From contig JBMOLW010000001.1 in assembly GCA_049323875.1 (NCBI GenBank), positions 160,073-224,072 of the forward strand: a DNA stretch of 64,000 bases. The letters run 5' to 3'. The notes beneath the pieces were generated by a model. That model saw only the letters and a list, made by a program, of their open reading frames with translations, was not told where the DNA came from and searched no databases. The DNA is from Nitrospirota bacterium. GTDB taxonomy: Bacteria; Nitrospirota; Thermodesulfovibrionia; Thermodesulfovibrionales; SM23-35. Positions within the stretch are counted from its first letter, which is position 1; each line of letters opens with the position of its first letter. Of the stretch, positions 59,946 through 64,000 are shown piece after piece. A program made the translations under genes and the position numbers.

Positions 59946-60470
59946 ATGATGGCAGACGGAAAACGGGTGAAAGAAATCATGGTTGGAATCTTTGAGTATC
60001 CTCATGTCCCCTACTGGTTTTCGATCAACCAGGCTGTAAGGATTGTGAAGGTATCGTTCATCAGCTCCAGGAAGTTCCCTGAGCCCATGGCAATCCTGGT
60101 GTTTGATGAAAAATACAACCTCACGGGGACCCTTACCCTGAAGGATATCCTCAGGGGGCTGGAGCCGAAATTCATGAGCTCCACCACCAAGGCACAGGTC
60201 CCTGAAGAGGACGAGAGCAGTCTGGCCCTGATCTGGGACCTGCTCTTTACAAAAGACATCAAAGACCTTGCCGAGAAGCCGGTCAGCTCTATCATGGCGC
60301 CTGCAAAATATTTCGTCGATCCGGACGATCCTATCACGAAAGCCGCTTACCTCATGGTGCACCACGACCTTGTCCTCCTGCCCGTGCTGGAGAACAGGAA
60401 AAAGTTTGTCGGGCTTGTTCGGATGATCGAAATCTTTGATGAAATTTCCAACGCTCTAATGAGTGAATAG
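59946..60470 (+). CDS. Stand-alone CBS-domain protein
   Basis: VKEIM...GTLTLKDIL...PVSSIM...LPVLE...VGLVRMIEIF. Confidence 0.85.
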   Translation: MMADGKRVKEIMVGIFEYPHVPYWFSINQAVRIVKVSFISSRKFPEPMAILVFDEKYNLTGTLTLKDILRGLEPKFMSSTTKAQVPEEDESSLALIWDLLFTKDIKDLAEKPVSSIMAPAKYFVDPDDPITKAAYLMVHHDLVLLPVLENRKKFVGLVRMIEIFDEISNALMSE

Positions 60471-60479
60471 GAGGGTGAT

Positions 60480-61997
60480 ATGGCGGATACAGGGAAAAAA
60501 AGAACAGAAGGATTACCTGAGGTCCCGGAGGAAATAGTGGTCAGAAAAGAAAAACCTAAAATTGATGTCAGGCGCATATTCTTTATTTTTCTGGGGCTGA
60601 CATTCTTTTTTGTTTTTAATTATATGCCGCCTCTCCCTGATGCCGTTGACCCCCTGGGTGAACACTTTGTTCTCTCAAAGGAGGGGAAGGCAGCCATCGC
60701 CTTATTCCTCATGGCAGGCACCTGGTGGGTATTCGAGGTTGTACCCATCGGCATCACCAGCATAGCCATCGGTGTATTTCAAGCCCTCTTCTTCATCCGG
60801 CCTGCAAAAGAAGCGTTCAGAAGCTTCATGGATCCGTCGGTATGGTTTATTTTCGGATCGATAATCATCGGGCTGGTATTTACCAAAACAGGACTTACGA
60901 AACGCCTCGCCTATAAGATGCTCTCTGTTTTAGGTGAAAAAACCAGCATGATTTACCTCGGATGCTTCGTATTGACAACGCTCCTGACGCATTTCATGGC
61001 GCATACCGCTGTAGCTGCAACAGTGTATCCCCTGCTGCTCGCAATTTATTCATTGTACGGTGAAGGAGACAAGGCCACAAAATTCGGCAAAGGCCTCTTC
61101 ATCGGCATGGCATATGTTGCGGGTGCTGGCAGTATCATAACACTGCTCGGCGCTGCACGTGGTGCTGTAGCTATAGGATTCTTCAATGAAATCGCACACA
61201 AAAATGTCACCTTCTTTGAACTGACAAAATTCATGTTCCCTATCGGATGGGGCATGACAATCCTGATCTGGCTATTCATGCTCGTATGGTTCAAGCCGGA
61301 GAAAAAAATCATACCCGGCCTCAGACAAAAATCAATAGAATTGTACAGGGAACTGGGTCCGTTCAGCGGAAGAGAAATATTTACGGGACTGGTGGTACTC
61401 GGCATAATCATATTTCTCTCCCTGCAATCCTTCATACCGGCGCTGAAAGATTTCAACAAGTCTGCGATTGTCCTCGTAGGGACACTGATATTCTTCTTTA
61501 CAAGAATTCTCACGATCAAGGACCTTGAGGAAATACCCTGGAACATCATTCTCCTCTTCGGGGGGGCAATGAGCATCGGGTTCTGCCTCTGGGAGACAGG
61601 CGCTGCAAAATGGATGGCCATCAACTGGCTGGTCATGTTTCAGAAGGCTAACTGGTTCATCTTTGTCCTTGCCATATCGTTCTTCGTTCTGGTCATGACG
61701 AATTTCATCATGAACGTCGCGGCCATAGCTATTTCAATGCCTGTTGCCCTGGTCATTGCTCCGTATCTGAATGTGGCGCCTGACGTTGTTCTGTATGCTT
61801 CACTTATTGCAGCGGGCATGCCGTTTATTCTGCTTGTCGGGGCAGCACCAAATGCAATCGCATATGAATCCAAACAGTTTACCGCGGGTGAATTTTTTCT
61901 TGCCGGCATACCGACCAGTATCATCCTGATGGCGGTAATCGGTTTCGCGATAGCTATACTCTGGCCGCTGATGGGGATGCCGATAACCCTGCAATAA
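60480..61997 (+). CDS. SLC13/DASS family anion permease (paralog of 1-1253)
   Basis: Long identical peptide blocks with the first gene, e.g. EEIPWNIILLFGGAMSIGFCLWETGAAKW. Confidence 0.88.
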   Translation: MADTGKKRTEGLPEVPEEIVVRKEKPKIDVRRIFFIFLGLTFFFVFNYMPPLPDAVDPLGEHFVLSKEGKAAIALFLMAGTWWVFEVVPIGITSIAIGVFQALFFIRPAKEAFRSFMDPSVWFIFGSIIIGLVFTKTGLTKRLAYKMLSVLGEKTSMIYLGCFVLTTLLTHFMAHTAVAATVYPLLLAIYSLYGEGDKATKFGKGLFIGMAYVAGAGSIITLLGAARGAVAIGFFNEIAHKNVTFFELTKFMFPIGWGMTILIWLFMLVWFKPEKKIIPGLRQKSIELYRELGPFSGREIFTGLVVLGIIIFLSLQSFIPALKDFNKSAIVLVGTLIFFFTRILTIKDLEEIPWNIILLFGGAMSIGFCLWETGAAKWMAINWLVMFQKANWFIFVLAISFFVLVMTNFIMNVAAIAISMPVALVIAPYLNVAPDVVLYASLIAAGMPFILLVGAAPNAIAYESKQFTAGEFFLAGIPTSIILMAVIGFAIAILWPLMGMPITLQ

Positions 61998-62017
61998 CCC
62001 GGCACGGAAAAGCACAA

Positions 62018-62130
62018 CAGGGAAAGGAAAAGACACAGACAAAATGGAGCAGAGCAATCAGGGAAAGGAAAAAGTACAGACCTATATTACCTGCTTTTTC
62101 CCTTTCCCTTCTCCTTTCCCTGTATTTTTT
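62018..62130 (+). terminator. Duplicated-arm hairpin/terminator-like structure
   Basis: CAGGGAAAGGAAAA at 62018 and 62059. Complementary tracts at 62094-62109 and 62111-62122, then TATTTTTT. Confidence 0.5.
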
Positions 62131-62254
62131 GATACGTCAAAAGTAGCCGGGGAGCATACCCGAGACAGAACATGAATCTTTCTCTCTGAATAAACGCTCA
62201 ATAGCTGAAGAACCGGACATTCGCAGTACAACTAACTTCATTATGGAGGCTGGC

Positions 62255-64000
62255 ATGAAACGCATTCGTATCTGGATTCTCGCAGCACTCTTTGCAGCAG
62301 CATTTCTTATGCCTTACCCTACTCTGTCTTTTGCTACCGGAGAAGTGGCCGAAGGGGATACGTTTTTCATTTCCGGCACCGTACTGGACTACCACAATGA
62401 GCCGGTCAAGGAAGCCCATATCAGAATTCTTCTCAACGGCGAGCCTCAGAAGATCATTGTAGAGCAAGAGGAGGCAGAGGAGGCGGAGACCTCATCACAT
62501 GGCACCTATCAGGTATCATTCGCCCTCGCGCCCCAACAGATTGAAACCTCCAAAATCCAGATTGAAGTCCGCAAGACAAGCTTTGCAAAAACAACGATTG
62601 ATCTGGGAAAAGAGGATTTTGCCCGGACGGGGCGGCACGTTCTCGCCGTGAAGGACATCAAGATTGCACCCTGGCTTGGTCCTGCATTTTATATTGCAAC
62701 AACGGTATTTCTGGTCATCTATGCGCTCATATCCTTTGAGCTGCTGCACAGGACAATCGCCGCCATGCTGGGTGCAGCGCTCATGCTGCTGATCACCTAT
62801 ACCTTTGGCACCCTGAATGCCGAATACCACATCATCTCCTTTGAAGGGGCCATGCAGGCAATAGACATGAATGTCATCTTCCTCCTTATGGGCATGATGA
62901 TTATCGTGGGCATCCTGAAGCATACGGGAGTCTTCCAGTGGTGTGCCTATATGTCTTTCAAGATTGCCCGTGGCAATGTTATGATGCTCGCGGTTATTTC
63001 TTTGATCTTTATCGCTACAACTTCTGCTTTGCTTGACAATGTGACGACGATGCTTCTCTATACCCCTGTTTTGATAGAAATCGCACTGGCATTGAAGATC
63101 TCACCGCTCGCACTCCTGATCCCCGGGGTCATGGCCTCGAATGTGGGAGGTACGGCAACCCTTATCGGCGACCCTCCGAATATCATGATCGGCTCCTATA
63201 CAGGGCTTTCGTTTATGCAATTTGTAGCAAATTTAACACTGGTTGTTATTGTCGCTATAGTCGCCCTTTTCATCTACAATAAGTTTTTCTACGGCAAGGC
63301 GTATGCAAGGGCAAAGGTTGAAGACATCGATGGGTTTATCGCCTTTCTGAGGGAAGAATACAAGATCACCGATAAAACCCTTCTCGGATACGGGCTCTTC
63401 ATTATGGCTCTGGTTATCAGCTTTTTCCTCACCCATGGTTTCTGGCATATGGAGGTCTGCATCCCGGCCCTGGCAGGTGCCGGCCTTCTCTTCACCTACG
63501 GTATCCTGACGAAGAAGGTGAAGATGCTGGAACTGATCGAAAAGGATATTGAGTGGACAACACTCCTCTTTTTCATATTCCTCTTTATCATTGTCGGTGC
63601 AGTTGAAGAAGCCGGCCTTTTATCGCTCATTGCTGACTGGGTGCTGGATATGTCAGGAGGAGAGCTGGTGAAGGCAGTCGCCCTGATCCTCTGGGTTGCA
63701 GCAATCATGAGCGCCTTCGTTGACAACATTCCGTTCACCGCAACCATGTTGCCGATTACCGCCTATCTCACCAAGGTTATCCCGGGAGCGGCAGACAATA
63801 ATGTGCTCTGGTGGGCACTGGCACTCGGCGCGTGTCTTGGTGGCAACGGAACCATGATCGGCGCAAGTGCGAACGTGGTTACCGTAGGCATTGCAGAGGC
63901 AGCAGGTCACAAAATCAGCTTCTTCGGATTTATGAAATATGGATTCCTTTACATGATCATCAGTGTAGCAATAGCCCATGCATGGCTGCTGATATTCTAT
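62255..64000 (+). CDS. ArsB/NhaD transporter (paralog of 2320-4071); stop codon lies just outside the window, so it is missing from the ORF track
   Basis: ATG 62255 follows GGAGG. Reads MKRIRIWILAALF...ETSSHGTYQ...GGTATLIGDPPNIMIG and ends ...WLLIFY at base 64000, matching WLLIAY-stop of the paralog. Confidence 0.88.
   Translation, partial: MKRIRIWILAALFAAAFLMPYPTLSFATGEVAEGDTFFISGTVLDYHNEPVKEAHIRILLNGEPQKIIVEQEEAEEAETSSHGTYQVSFALAPQQIETSKIQIEVRKTSFAKTTIDLGKEDFARTGRHVLAVKDIKIAPWLGPAFYIATTVFLVIYALISFELLHRTIAAMLGAALMLLITYTFGTLNAEYHIISFEGAMQAIDMNVIFLLMGMMIIVGILKHTGVFQWCAYMSFKIARGNVMMLAVISLIFIATTSALLDNVTTMLLYTPVLIEIALALKISPLALLIPGVMASNVGGTATLIGDPPNIMIGSYTGLSFMQFVANLTLVVIVAIVALFIYNKFFYGKAYARAKVEDIDGFIAFLREEYKITDKTLLGYGLFIMALVISFFLTHGFWHMEVCIPALAGAGLLFTYGILTKKVKMLELIEKDIEWTTLLFFIFLFIIVGAVEEAGLLSLIADWVLDMSGGELVKAVALILWVAAIMSAFVDNIPFTATMLPITAYLTKVIPGAADNNVLWWALALGACLGGNGTMIGASANVVTVGIAEAAGHKISFFGFMKYGFLYMIISVAIAHAWLLIFY

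Noticed and set aside
62161-62220. ATAAACGCTCAATAGCTGAAGA resembles the central part of a fluoride (crcB) riboswitch upstream of an anion transporter
   Set aside because: The 5' GGxGATG stem and the pseudoknot complement are missing, and the 3' GATG reads GAAG. An Infernal scan would be needed; treated as chance similarity.
1-64000. Assembly artefact explanation for the similar genes at both window ends
   Set aside because: The copies differ at many synonymous and non-synonymous positions and have unrelated intergenic DNA.

Overview
Bacterial, gene-dense, roughly 50% GC by eye. The gene content suggests an anaerobe such as Nitrospirota or Desulfobacterota, but that is only an impression. About 47 CDSs, nearly all on the + strand. 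The core is a ~52 kb co-oriented osmotic-stress and alpha-glucan cluster. It holds glucosylglycerate genes (gpgS-like, mpgP/gpgP-like, single-step ggs-like, glycerate kinase) and several trehalose routes (TreT with DUF5752, TreS-maltokinase, TreY/TreZ, a beta-PGM-OtsB fusion with GH65). It also holds GlgE/GlgB, a sugar ABC importer, MscS, two CPA2 antiporters, MgtE, a P-type ATPase, proteases, an octaheme cytochrome c nitrite reductase and a two-component system with a sugar-binding-like sensor. The cluster is bracketed by two paralogous SLC13 + ArsB/NhaD transporter modules, and only the left one carries an LCIB/theta-type carbonic anhydrase-like gene. The most notable leads are (1) this carbonic anhydrase/anion transporter operon, (2) a Phd-VapC pair whose toxin lacks the first catalytic Asp and which sits at the head of the osmolyte operon, (3) a possible OtsA-independent trehalose route, and (4) several structured intergenic elements. 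No rRNA, tRNA, CRISPR array or transposase was seen. All family assignments come from motif recognition, not from database searches.
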